From an uncultured Gemmatimonadales bacterium (GTDB lineage Bacteria > Gemmatimonadota > Gemmatimonadetes > Gemmatimonadales > GWC2-71-9): a DNA stretch of 64,000 nucleotides. Where the stretch lies: the NCBI GenBank assembly GCA_963798915.1, contig CAWCVB010000005.1, positions 313,291-377,290 on the forward strand, read 5' to 3'. Positions 31,387 to 39,942 of this stretch are shown piece by piece; the first letter of the stretch is position 1, and every line of letters begins with the position of its first letter. Position numbers and translations under genes: made by a program. The notes beneath the pieces are model-generated. The model had not been told where the DNA came from. It searched no databases and worked only from the letters and a program-made list of their open reading frames with translations.

Positions 31387-31662
31387 ATGGCTTCAGGTCG
31401 CGCATCCGGCCACACGCTCCGCTCGCTCGGACTCTGGGCGCTGGGCGGCGTCGCCGGGTACCTGATCATCAGGGAATTCAGGGCAGGGGCGCCCGGCAGG
31501 GCAGCAGGGCACACGTCCGGGGGACCGGTGACACCGGCGACGCTACCGGCTGACACGGAGCGAGGCGTCGAGGAGAGCGGCGGGGATTCCGACCAGCAGC
31601 TGGATGCCGCCGTTGATGCGACCTTCCCGGCGAGTGACCCGATTTCGATGCAGTTTGAGTGA
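31387..31662 (+). CDS. Small membrane-anchored protein with a C-terminal FPASDP motif
   Basis: GGAGG RBS; one TM; QQLDAAVDATFPASDP. Confidence 0.65.
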   Translation: MASGRASGHTLRSLGLWALGGVAGYLIIREFRAGAPGRAAGHTSGGPVTPATLPADTERGVEESGGDSDQQLDAAVDATFPASDPISMQFE

Positions 31663-31712
31663 CATCCTCAGGGGCCAATCTTCAGTCGCCTGCCAAGTCT
31701 GATCCATAGCCA

Positions 31713-31755
31713 CTGACGACCGACGACTGACGACCGACGACCAACGACCGACGAC
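31713..31755. repeat. 7-mer tandem array (YGACGAC), about 6 units
   Basis: tgacgac cgacgac tgacgac cgacgac caacgac cgacgac between convergent genes. Confidence 0.8.
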
Positions 31756-32415
31756 TTACTTGCTCCTCTCCGCGATGATCGAGTCGAGTATCGGCCGAAA
31801 GACCTCGATCGGCTGGGCGCCGATCAGCAGCCCTCCCTCGATGAAGAAAGACGGCGTGGCATTCGCGCCCGTACGGGCGGATGCCAGCGCCTCCTCACGC
31901 ACCGCTGTCTCGACGGTTGAATCGGCCAGACATCGCAGGGTCGAGTCCCGGTCAAGCCCTGCCGAATCCGCCAGTCCCAACAGCGCTGGCACCGGATTCT
32001 CCATCGGTGCCCATGCTGACTGGGCCTGAAACAGAAGGTCGTGCAGGGTCCAGAACTTGCCTTGCCGGGCGGCGCACAGGCCCAGTTCGGCCGCGGGCAG
32101 CGCGTTGGGATGAATCTCGGTGATCGGGAAGTTGATGAAGATGTAGCGTACCTTGCCGGTGGCGATGTACTCGCGCTCCAGCACCGGCAGTGTTTCCACG
32201 GCATGACGGCGGCAAAAGGGGCACTGGAAGTCCGACATCTCATAGACGGTGACGGGTGCGTCACTCCGGCCCATCACCCGAGCCTCACGCGGGTCCCCGG
32301 TGTCGGCGGCCATGGGCCCCGGCGTCGAGACGTTCGGCGGCGGCTCCTGCCTCGGCGGCGATCCGGAGCATGCCGGGGCCAGGAGCGCGGCCAGAATCAG
32401 CGAACGGATCAGCAT
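31756..32415 (-). CDS. DsbA-family thioredoxin-fold lipoprotein
   Basis: Lipobox-like PAC; SDFQCPFC; TPSF. Confidence 0.88.
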   Translation of the reverse strand: MLIRSLILAALLAPACSGSPPRQEPPPNVSTPGPMAADTGDPREARVMGRSDAPVTVYEMSDFQCPFCRRHAVETLPVLEREYIATGKVRYIFINFPITEIHPNALPAAELGLCAARQGKFWTLHDLLFQAQSAWAPMENPVPALLGLADSAGLDRDSTLRCLADSTVETAVREEALASARTGANATPSFFIEGGLLIGAQPIEVFRPILDSIIAERSK

Positions 32416-32417
32416 CG

Positions 32418-33104
32418 TCAGCGCGAGCGGCGGCGGCCGCTCTCCGGATCGAGCATCACTGTGTCGCCCGTGACCTTCACGTTCCAGTACCAGGTCCGGT
32501 TCGGGTCAAGCGGATCCCATGAACTGGCGCTGACCCACCATCCGCCCGGCAGCGATGGCAGCGTCAGGACTGCCTCTCCTGCGCTATTGGTGGTATCGCT
32601 GATCGGCTTGCCACCAGTCTGGCGCATGAGTTCCTTCGCTCGACCGTCATATCCCGCATAGGTGCTATCTTCCCAGCGAGCCACCGCACCCCGCAGTGAG
32701 TCAATGCGGTCGCCCACCGCCGTCCGGGCCTTACTGAGCGCCTGTCTGGCCTCGGCCAGTCTGGTGTCGGCGGCCAGCAGCGCCGAGGCTGGCAAGCTGC
32801 CCGCGCTGACTGAGTCGCTGATGGCTGAGCGCGCCTGGTTTGCCGTGAAATAGGCCAGGAAGGGCCCCTTGAAGGCATTGTAGAGGGAGTCGAGCTGGTC
32901 GGTGAACGGGCGGCCGCCTCCATGCTCGCGCTCCATGGCAGTCGTGAGACTGTCCCGGTCGAATGGAAGCGCGGTTACGGTTACGCCGCTGGCTGGTGTC
33001 AGCCGCTCGGCCAGGTCAGGAATGGCCACGCGGACGACGACCTTCCGAGGGCCGTGGCAGGCGGCCAGCGACAACGCAAGAAGGAGGACTGTTGGGCGGA
33101 GCAC
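32418..33104 (-). CDS. Hypothetical lipoprotein
   Basis: LSLAAC lipobox; co-oriented 2 nt from the DsbA gene. Confidence 0.7.
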   Translation of the reverse strand: MLRPTVLLLALSLAACHGPRKVVVRVAIPDLAERLTPASGVTVTALPFDRDSLTTAMEREHGGGRPFTDQLDSLYNAFKGPFLAYFTANQARSAISDSVSAGSLPASALLAADTRLAEARQALSKARTAVGDRIDSLRGAVARWEDSTYAGYDGRAKELMRQTGGKPISDTTNSAGEAVLTLPSLPGGWWVSASSWDPLDPNRTWYWNVKVTGDTVMLDPESGRRRSR

Positions 33105-33106
33105 GA

Positions 33107-33925
33107 ATGAAAGCTATCGCGGCGCTGGTGCCGCTACAACTTCTGGCCGCCGGGCTGCAGGCGCAGGCGGGCCTCCAGCAATACGTTCCAGACCGCCCGA
33201 CCGGCTTCGTGAGTGACTTTGCCGGTGTCGTCGATGCCGCATCCAGCGCGCGCATGACCGATCTCATCCAGCGGCTTCGGGGCACCACCAAGTCGGAAAT
33301 TGCGGTCGTCACCCTCCCGACCATCGGCGATCGTGATGGCGCCGAGGTGGCGCTTGCCATCGGCCGAAAGTGGGGCGTCGGATTCGAGGGCGGGGTCGGG
33401 GACTCCACCCGCAATCGCGGCATCGTTGTCCTGCTGGTCCCGCGCCAGGATGGTCGAGCTGGTTCGGGACATATTCGTATCGAAGTCGGATACGGTCTCG
33501 AAGGTATCGTGACCGATGCCTTGGCGGGCAGGATCCGCGATGACGTCATGGGCCCGCTGCTCGCGAGGGAGCAGTACGGGCGGGGCCTGCTGGCTGGGGT
33601 CGAAGCCTTGGCATCGCTGATCGCGCGCGCCAATGGCGTGACTGACTCCACGCTGACGGCATGGAACCCGGACGCAGTGCGCGGTGGTGGCAGCGGTGGT
33701 TCGCCCATCCGGTATCTGCCTCTCCTGCTGTTCCTCCTCTTTGGGTTTGTGCTCCCACTCCTTTCCCGGCGGGGGCGCCGCCGGCGGGGGATATATTGGG
33801 GAGGGCCCTGGATTGGTGGCGGATTCGGGGGCGGAGGTGGCTGGGGCGGTGGGGGAGGCGGTGGTTTCGGCGGATTTGGCGGAGGCGGCGGATTTGGTGG
33901 CGGCGGAGCTGGAGGGCGGTTCTGA
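33107..33925 (+). CDS. TPM-domain (YgcG-like) membrane protein with a Gly-rich tail
   Basis: FVSDFAGVV, EIAVVTL, RIEVGYGLEGIVTD, TM helix, GGFGGGG tail. Confidence 0.9.
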   Translation: MKAIAALVPLQLLAAGLQAQAGLQQYVPDRPTGFVSDFAGVVDAASSARMTDLIQRLRGTTKSEIAVVTLPTIGDRDGAEVALAIGRKWGVGFEGGVGDSTRNRGIVVLLVPRQDGRAGSGHIRIEVGYGLEGIVTDALAGRIRDDVMGPLLAREQYGRGLLAGVEALASLIARANGVTDSTLTAWNPDAVRGGGSGGSPIRYLPLLLFLLFGFVLPLLSRRGRRRRGIYWGGPWIGGGFGGGGGWGGGGGGGFGGFGGGGGFGGGGAGGRF

Positions 33926-34650
33926 TGCATCAGGCAGTGCAATCGACGGTGAACGACTTTCTTGCGTCTGCGGACGCCACGCTGCCAAAGGGCTATAGTG
34001 CGGTGCTCTATGGCTCGGCCGCCCGGGGTGACTATGTCGCCGGCCGGAGTGACGTCAATCTCCTGGTGGTGGCGGACAGCGCCGATTTTCCGGTCCTGCG
34101 GGCACTTGGATCGGCGCTGCGTACGTGGAGCAAGGCGTCACGCGAGCCGCCCCTCCTGTTCACCCGGTCTGAATGGGCAGACTCGACCGACGCGTTTCCG
34201 ATAGAGATTACCGACATGCGGTCCCACTACGAGGTTGTTCGGGGTAGTGATCCGGTGGCGCCCATGCAGGTGAGCCGGGCCGAGCTTCGACAGGCGCTCG
34301 AGAGCGAGCTTCGCGGCAAGCTGATGCGGCTGCGACAGGCGTACGCCACCTTCGGCAACGACGCCGGCAAACTGACTCCCGTCGCCCGGAGCTCAGTCTC
34401 ATCCATCCTGGTCCTGTTGCGGGCGCTGGTCGGCTTGGAACGTGGCGAGGGTGCCGCGTCTGACGATTCCGAGCGGCTGGTTGGGGAGGCAGCCCGGATC
34501 TCCGAATTTGCCCCCGATGCGCTGCTGGCACTGGTTCGTCATCGTGACCAGAAGTCATGGAGCTGCGGCGCCGACCTGTTCGAAGGCTATGTGACGTCCG
34601 TGGCGCGCGCCGCGCACCACGTCGATCAACTTCAGACCGGAGATTCGTGA
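33925..34650 (+). CDS. Nucleotidyltransferase-fold protein
   Basis: LYGSAARGD...SDVNLLVV; DAFPIEITDM; ELRGKLMRLR. Confidence 0.8.
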   Translation: MHQAVQSTVNDFLASADATLPKGYSAVLYGSAARGDYVAGRSDVNLLVVADSADFPVLRALGSALRTWSKASREPPLLFTRSEWADSTDAFPIEITDMRSHYEVVRGSDPVAPMQVSRAELRQALESELRGKLMRLRQAYATFGNDAGKLTPVARSSVSSILVLLRALVGLERGEGAASDDSERLVGEAARISEFAPDALLALVRHRDQKSWSCGADLFEGYVTSVARAAHHVDQLQTGDS

Positions 34651-35214
34651 ATGAAGCGCGTCAGGCTCTCCTCCGCCCTGCTGGCCGTGGCGCTGGCCAC
34701 GTCGGGCTGCGGATACAACACGATTCAGACGAAGGATGAGCAGGTCAACAAGGCTCAGGGCAACATCCAGACCCAGTTGCAGCGCCGGGCCGACCTGATT
34801 CCGAACCTGGTGGAAACGGTGAAGGGCGTGACCAAGCAGGAGGATACCGTATTCATCTCGATCGCCAATGCGCGGGCTCGCCTGAATGGCGCCGTCCAGA
34901 GTGGCAATGTGCCCGCAATGGCCCAGGCGAACGCGGCGCTGTCGAGCGGACTGGGCCGTCTCCTCGCCATCGCCGAGAATTATCCCGACCTGAAGTCGAG
35001 CCAGAATTTCCGCGACCTGCAATCGCAGCTGGAAGGGACCGAGAACCGGGTGGCCGTGGCGAGGACGGACTACAATGATGCGGTCAACCAGTACAACTCA
35101 TTCATCCGGCGGTTTCCCTATAACCTGACCGCCAAGATCTTCGGCATGAGCAAGCCGAGGGACTACTTCGAGGCGGAACCGGGTGCGACCGAGACGCCGA
35201 AGGTGAAGTTCTAG
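34651..35214 (+). CDS. lemA: LemA family protein
   Basis: QRRADLIPNLVETVKG, ENYPDLK, LEGTENRVAVAR.DYN. Confidence 0.93.
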   Translation: MKRVRLSSALLAVALATSGCGYNTIQTKDEQVNKAQGNIQTQLQRRADLIPNLVETVKGVTKQEDTVFISIANARARLNGAVQSGNVPAMAQANAALSSGLGRLLAIAENYPDLKSSQNFRDLQSQLEGTENRVAVARTDYNDAVNQYNSFIRRFPYNLTAKIFGMSKPRDYFEAEPGATETPKVKF

Positions 35215-35217
35215 ACG

Positions 35218-35332
35218 ACGGAAGGAACGGAGGCGGGAAGGCGGGAAGGCGGGACGCCAAAAGGGGCAGCTTCGCGATAACGCGGCGCTGCCCCTTGCCT
35301 CACTCCACTTCCCGTCTTTCCGTCTTCCCGTC
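35218..35332. repeat. Long palindrome with 8-mer arms (GCGGGAAG / CTTCCCGT) and a central hairpin; likely bidirectional terminator
   Basis: gcgggaag repeats, aaggggcagc...gctgcccctt stem, cttcccgt repeats, between convergent genes. Confidence 0.7.
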
Positions 35333-36258
35333 TAATCAGTAACCACATCCGGCAGCACGTACCGCAGCGGGTTCACCGGACGCCCATTGACGTGCACTTC
35401 GTAGTGAAGATGTGGGCCAGTGGCGAGGCCGGTGCTGCCGACCAGCGCAATCCGCTCGCCCCGCTTGACGCGCTGGCCCTTCCGGACCAGTGCCTTGGAG
35501 GTGTGGGCAAACTTGGTCACGATGCCGTACCCGTGGTCCAGCTCGACGACGTTGCCGTAGCCTGATTCCCACCCCACTTCGATGACCCGGCCAGCCGCGG
35601 GTGCTTCAATCGGCGTTCCGGTCGGCGCTGAGACATCGATGCCTTCATGCGGCCTGGCGTAGCCGAGAATCGGGTGCAGCCGGGCCGACGTGAAGTTGCT
35701 GGTGAGCCAGCCCTGCGTGGGCAGGATCGAAGGCATGGCCTCCACCCGGTCCTTGTGGGAGGCAAGGCTGTCGGCGGCTTCGTTGAAGGACGTGGCCAGC
35801 AGGTTGGCGCGGCGGATCATCGCGCTGAGGTCCACCTTGATTTCATCGGCACGACGAACCAGCACGCTCTTGGGCTGGCTGTCAGCGCGCTTGGGCTCGG
35901 CCGGACCACCGATGCCGGCCTCCCGCACCTCAGGTGCGATCGGGTCGAGGTTGGCGAGCACGCGGATCTGTTCATCGCGCTCGGAGAGCGCGGCCACGGT
36001 ATCGGTCAGGTGATGCAGCCGGCCATGCAGGTCGCCCAGCTCGGCGGCGAGGGCGCGGTTCTCTTTTTCCAGCTGGTCGGCGCGGGAGAGGTCGATCGAA
36101 TGGGAAAGATTGGCGTAGCCGAACAGCAGCGAGGCAGCGACCAGCACGACGGCAAGGCCGGCGCCCAGCTTGAGCAACGAGTAGGACACTTCGATGATCC
36201 GGGACGGTTCCGAATCATGGGGAACCAGCACGAGAGTCCAGCGGCGCTTCTTGGCCAT
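35332..36258 (-). CDS. M23-family metallopeptidase with TM and coiled coil
   Basis: HEGID, GSTGLATGPHLHYEV. Confidence 0.92.
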   Translation of the reverse strand: MAKKRRWTLVLVPHDSEPSRIIEVSYSLLKLGAGLAVVLVAASLLFGYANLSHSIDLSRADQLEKENRALAAELGDLHGRLHHLTDTVAALSERDEQIRVLANLDPIAPEVREAGIGGPAEPKRADSQPKSVLVRRADEIKVDLSAMIRRANLLATSFNEAADSLASHKDRVEAMPSILPTQGWLTSNFTSARLHPILGYARPHEGIDVSAPTGTPIEAPAAGRVIEVGWESGYGNVVELDHGYGIVTKFAHTSKALVRKGQRVKRGERIALVGSTGLATGPHLHYEVHVNGRPVNPLRYVLPDVVTD

Positions 36259-36461
36259 CCACAGCTCGCATCTCTGGGATTGAATCCACCCCTGCCTGAC
36301 CAGTCGACCGGGGAGAATCTGAACGGCCGGCAAAGCCCGGCAGGAAGATGAACCGTGTTCAGCCAGATGTCAAGAACTGCGCCCAAATAGCAAGTGACTG
36401 TCTGGCAATGACTTATGCTCGCCAGATCGGCTCGCGTGCAAGATCGTGCTCTGGCAGTCTG

Positions 36462-37982
36462 CTAGGATGGGGGATTCTTCGGAAACAGCACCGCAGGACG
36501 GGTCGTCTGCTGTCCCTGCACCGAGAGTTTCCCCAGCTCGTTCAGGCGGACCTTGGTAAGCGGCTCGCTGAAGCCCAGGGCCTGCCAGAGCACCTCGGTC
36601 GTCGCAGGCAGGAACGGACTGGCGAGTACCGCGAGCCGGGCGAGACAGGACGCGAGCGCGCTCAGGATCCGGTCAAGCGTTGCGTCATCGCCGGCCTTGG
36701 CCACGGCCCAGGGCGCCGACGTCTGGATGAACCCGTTGGCGGCTGCCACCAGTTCCCAGACGCCATCGGCGGCGCCGCGCAGGTCCAGCGCGTCCATCCG
36801 CTGGCGATAGCGGGACACCGCCTCGAGCCCGGACGCCTCCAGCGCGTCGGACGGTATCGCCGCTGGCACCTGGCCGTTGCGGTACTTCTCGAGCATGGCG
36901 AGCGAGCGGGCGGTCAGATTGCCGAGGCCGTCCGCCAGATCGGCGGTGTAGCGTTCCTCGAAGCGTTCCCATGTGAAATTGCCATCCGCATCCCAGGGAA
37001 TTTCCCGCAAGAGGTAATACCGGAAGGCATCCGGGCCGAAGCGGGTGATGGCATCGTCGAGATCCAGCGTCGTGCCGGCACTCTTGCTGAACCGCTCGCC
37101 CCGGAAGTACACGAAGCCATGGGCCCAGATCCGCCGTGGCCGCTCGAGTCCGGCGGCCTTCAGCATGGCCGGCCAGATGACCGCGTGGAAGCGGGTGATA
37201 TCCTTTCCGATGACATGCAACTGGGCCGGCCATTCGGCACCCGATCCCGCCGCTCGGGTGGCGGTCCAGTAGTTCGGGAGGGCATCAAACCACACGTACG
37301 TGGTCTGTTGCTCGCCGTCGCTCGTCGGGCGGGGAAAGGGCACACCCCACGTGAACCGGGCGCGGCTGGCGCTGATGTCCTCGACGCCCTGGCGCAGGAA
37401 ACTCAGGACTTCATTCCGGCGCGACTCCGGCTGGAGGAACTCCGGATCGTTCTGATGCAGCTCGAGCAGGTAGTCGGCATAGCGCGACAGCCGAAAGAAC
37501 CAGTTCCGCTCCTCCACCCACTCGAGTGTCCGTGTCGGATGGAGCGCACACCGGCCATTCTCGATCTCGGCGTCCTGCTTGAATGACTCGCAGCCAACAC
37601 AATACCAGCCGGCATAGGACTTTTCGTAAAAATCATCCGGATTGCGTTCGAAGATTCGCTCGATCAGCTCCTGCACCCCGGCCTTGTGCGCTGCGGCAGT
37701 AGTGCGGATGAATTGGTCGTGGGAGATGGCCAGTCGCGTCCACATGGCTTCGAAGCGAGCGGCGACCTGACCGGTGAGGTCCTCCGGCGTCAGGCCGCGT
37801 TCCGCTGCGCTCTGCGCGACTTTCTGGCCATGCTCGTCCATGCCGATCAGGAACCAGACCTCATCGCCCGCGAGCCGATGATACCGCGCGATGGCGTCGG
37901 CGCCGAGCTTCTCATAGGCGTGGCCCAGATGCGGGTCGCCATTGGCATAGTCAATCGCCGTTGTGAGGTAGAACCGGCTCAC
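36462..37982 (-). CDS. metG: Methionine--tRNA ligase (short form)
   Basis: YANGDPHLGH, CVGC, YVWFDAL, IGKDITRFH, RFSKS. Confidence 0.95.
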   Translation of the reverse strand: MSRFYLTTAIDYANGDPHLGHAYEKLGADAIARYHRLAGDEVWFLIGMDEHGQKVAQSAAERGLTPEDLTGQVAARFEAMWTRLAISHDQFIRTTAAAHKAGVQELIERIFERNPDDFYEKSYAGWYCVGCESFKQDAEIENGRCALHPTRTLEWVEERNWFFRLSRYADYLLELHQNDPEFLQPESRRNEVLSFLRQGVEDISASRARFTWGVPFPRPTSDGEQQTTYVWFDALPNYWTATRAAGSGAEWPAQLHVIGKDITRFHAVIWPAMLKAAGLERPRRIWAHGFVYFRGERFSKSAGTTLDLDDAITRFGPDAFRYYLLREIPWDADGNFTWERFEERYTADLADGLGNLTARSLAMLEKYRNGQVPAAIPSDALEASGLEAVSRYRQRMDALDLRGAADGVWELVAAANGFIQTSAPWAVAKAGDDATLDRILSALASCLARLAVLASPFLPATTEVLWQALGFSEPLTKVRLNELGKLSVQGQQTTRPAVLFPKNPPS

Positions 37983-38974
37983 GGCTCGTCCAGGCGGCGA
38001 TCGCGCCGCCGGCGGCGCTTCCGGCGGCGTTCCGGGTCGTCGGCAACGGGAGCCGGCGTCGGGCCCGGCACGGCGACGTCGGTGGGTGCCGCTCCCGCCC
38101 GGACGGGCGCCGCCGCTTCAGCAGCTTCCTGCTCTTCCCTGAGCTGAACCAGTGGAATGATGCGGGACTCGTTGTTCTCACCGCGGAGATAGACGCGCTC
38201 CCGGAAGATGTCCACCGCCACGACCTTTTCGGCGCCCTGCGCGGTGCGGAGAATCTTTCCCTCGCGCGGGAACCGTTTGCGACTGGAGACGTAGAACTCG
38301 TGCTCGTACTTCAGGCAGCAGAGCAGCCGTCCGCATCCGCCTGAGATCTGAGATGGATTGAGGGAGAGATGCTGGTCCTTGGCCAGTCCCAGGTTGACCG
38401 GCGTCAGTTCCTTGAGCCAGCTGGAGCAGCAATATTCCCGGCCGCAGCGGCCAACCCCGCTCAACCGGGCGGCCTCGTCCCGGACCCCGATCTGCCGCAG
38501 TTCGATTCGCGTGCGGAAGAGACTGGCCAGGTCGCGCACCAGCGACCGGAAGTCCACGCGCTTCTCGGCCGTGAAGAAGATGGTGAGCTTGGCGCGATCC
38601 CACTGCCACTCGCAGTCGCTCACTTTCATGATCAGCTCGTGGGCCCGGACCCGTTCCATCACCTTCCGGCGCACGTCCTCCTCCGACGCCCGGACCTCCC
38701 GGTGGACCTGCCGGTCTTCGGGGCTGGCCTTGCGCACCACGTCGCGCATGGTGGCACCCTGATCGCCGGCGATCGCCTCGCCCACGGCGCAGCCGGTGCA
38801 ACTGCCGGCGCATTTCTTCTCCGCGACCTCACCTACCGCGGTCACATGTCCATAGTCCCGCCCGCGCTCGGCATCCACCACGACCGCATCACCATCACGG
38901 AGCTGAACCGGAGAACGGAAGAACGCCTTGCGCGTGCCCTTGAAGCGGACTTCGACCGTGAGTGGCGTATCCAT
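37979..38974 (-). CDS. ricT: PSP1/RicT (YaaT) family Fe-S regulatory protein
   Basis: RVDFRSLVRDL, GRCGREYCC, SGGCGRLLCCLKYE. Confidence 0.9.
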   Translation of the reverse strand: MDTPLTVEVRFKGTRKAFFRSPVQLRDGDAVVVDAERGRDYGHVTAVGEVAEKKCAGSCTGCAVGEAIAGDQGATMRDVVRKASPEDRQVHREVRASEEDVRRKVMERVRAHELIMKVSDCEWQWDRAKLTIFFTAEKRVDFRSLVRDLASLFRTRIELRQIGVRDEAARLSGVGRCGREYCCSSWLKELTPVNLGLAKDQHLSLNPSQISGGCGRLLCCLKYEHEFYVSSRKRFPREGKILRTAQGAEKVVAVDIFRERVYLRGENNESRIIPLVQLREEQEAAEAAAPVRAGAAPTDVAVPGPTPAPVADDPERRRKRRRRRDRRLDEP

Positions 38975-39939
38975 CAGTGCTCAGTGTACGCGCCGATGGC
39001 CGCGTACTTCTCGGCTCGGCGGCGGACCAGACGCTCGGGCCTGGTCTTTCGGAGATCGGCCAGCTGCCGGATCAGCGCAGCGCGGAGCGCTTCGCCTGCG
39101 GCATCGGGATCAAGGTGGGCGGCTCCCAGTGGTTCGGGAATGATCTCATCCGCGATCTTGAGGCGCAGCAGATCCTCCGCGGTGAGCTTGAGCGCTTCGG
39201 CGGCACGGGCGCGCTGTGAGGCGTCCTTCCAGAGGATCGCGGCGCACCCCTCGGGCGAGATCACCGAGTACACCGAATTTTCCAGCATGAGAATGCGATC
39301 GGCGACCCCCAGGGCCAGCGCGCCGCCTGAGCCACCTTCACCGATGACCACCGCGATGCACGGCACCGGCAGGGCGCTCATCTCCAGGATATTGCGCGCC
39401 AGCGCCTCGCTCTGGCCACGCTCCTCGGCACCAAGACCCGGGAATGCTCCGGGCGTGTCGATGAGGGTGATCACCGGTACGCCGAACTTGGCGGCCAGTT
39501 GCATCAGGCGGAGCGCCTTCCGGTAGCCTTCGGGATGCGGCATGCCAAAATTGCGCTTGAGGTTCTCGCGAGTATCGCGTCCCTTCTGGTGTCCGATGAC
39601 CATGACCGTATCGCCATCCAGGCGGGCCCAGCCACCGACGATGGCGGGATCATCCATGAACAGTCGGTCACCGTGCAGTTCAATGAAGTCGGTAAAGATC
39701 GTGCTCAGATAGTCGAGCGTGTACGGCCGGCGGGGATGGCGCGCGACCTGCACCCGCTGGATCGGGGTCAGGGCCGCGTAGATGCCACTGCGGGCGGTCT
39801 CGAGCTTCCGCTCCAGGCCGAGCAGCTCGTCATCGACATCGATCTCCCGCTCCGTATCGATGCGCCTGAGCTCGTCGATCTGCCGTTCCAGTTCCTGCAG
39901 CGGCTTCTCGAAGTCCAGCGTGTAGAGTGACGGTGCCAT
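38974..39939 (-). CDS. accA: Acetyl-CoA carboxylase carboxyltransferase alpha
   Basis: [38 protein letters not shown]. Confidence 0.97.
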   Translation of the reverse strand: MAPSLYTLDFEKPLQELERQIDELRRIDTEREIDVDDELLGLERKLETARSGIYAALTPIQRVQVARHPRRPYTLDYLSTIFTDFIELHGDRLFMDDPAIVGGWARLDGDTVMVIGHQKGRDTRENLKRNFGMPHPEGYRKALRLMQLAAKFGVPVITLIDTPGAFPGLGAEERGQSEALARNILEMSALPVPCIAVVIGEGGSGGALALGVADRILMLENSVYSVISPEGCAAILWKDASQRARAAEALKLTAEDLLRLKIADEIIPEPLGAAHLDPDAAGEALRAALIRQLADLRKTRPERLVRRRAEKYAAIGAYTEH

Positions 39940-39942
39940 GCG

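Noticed and set aside
33780..33925. G-rich tract as a repeat element or G-quadruplex
   Set aside because: Explained by the Gly-rich tail usual in TPM/YgcG proteins
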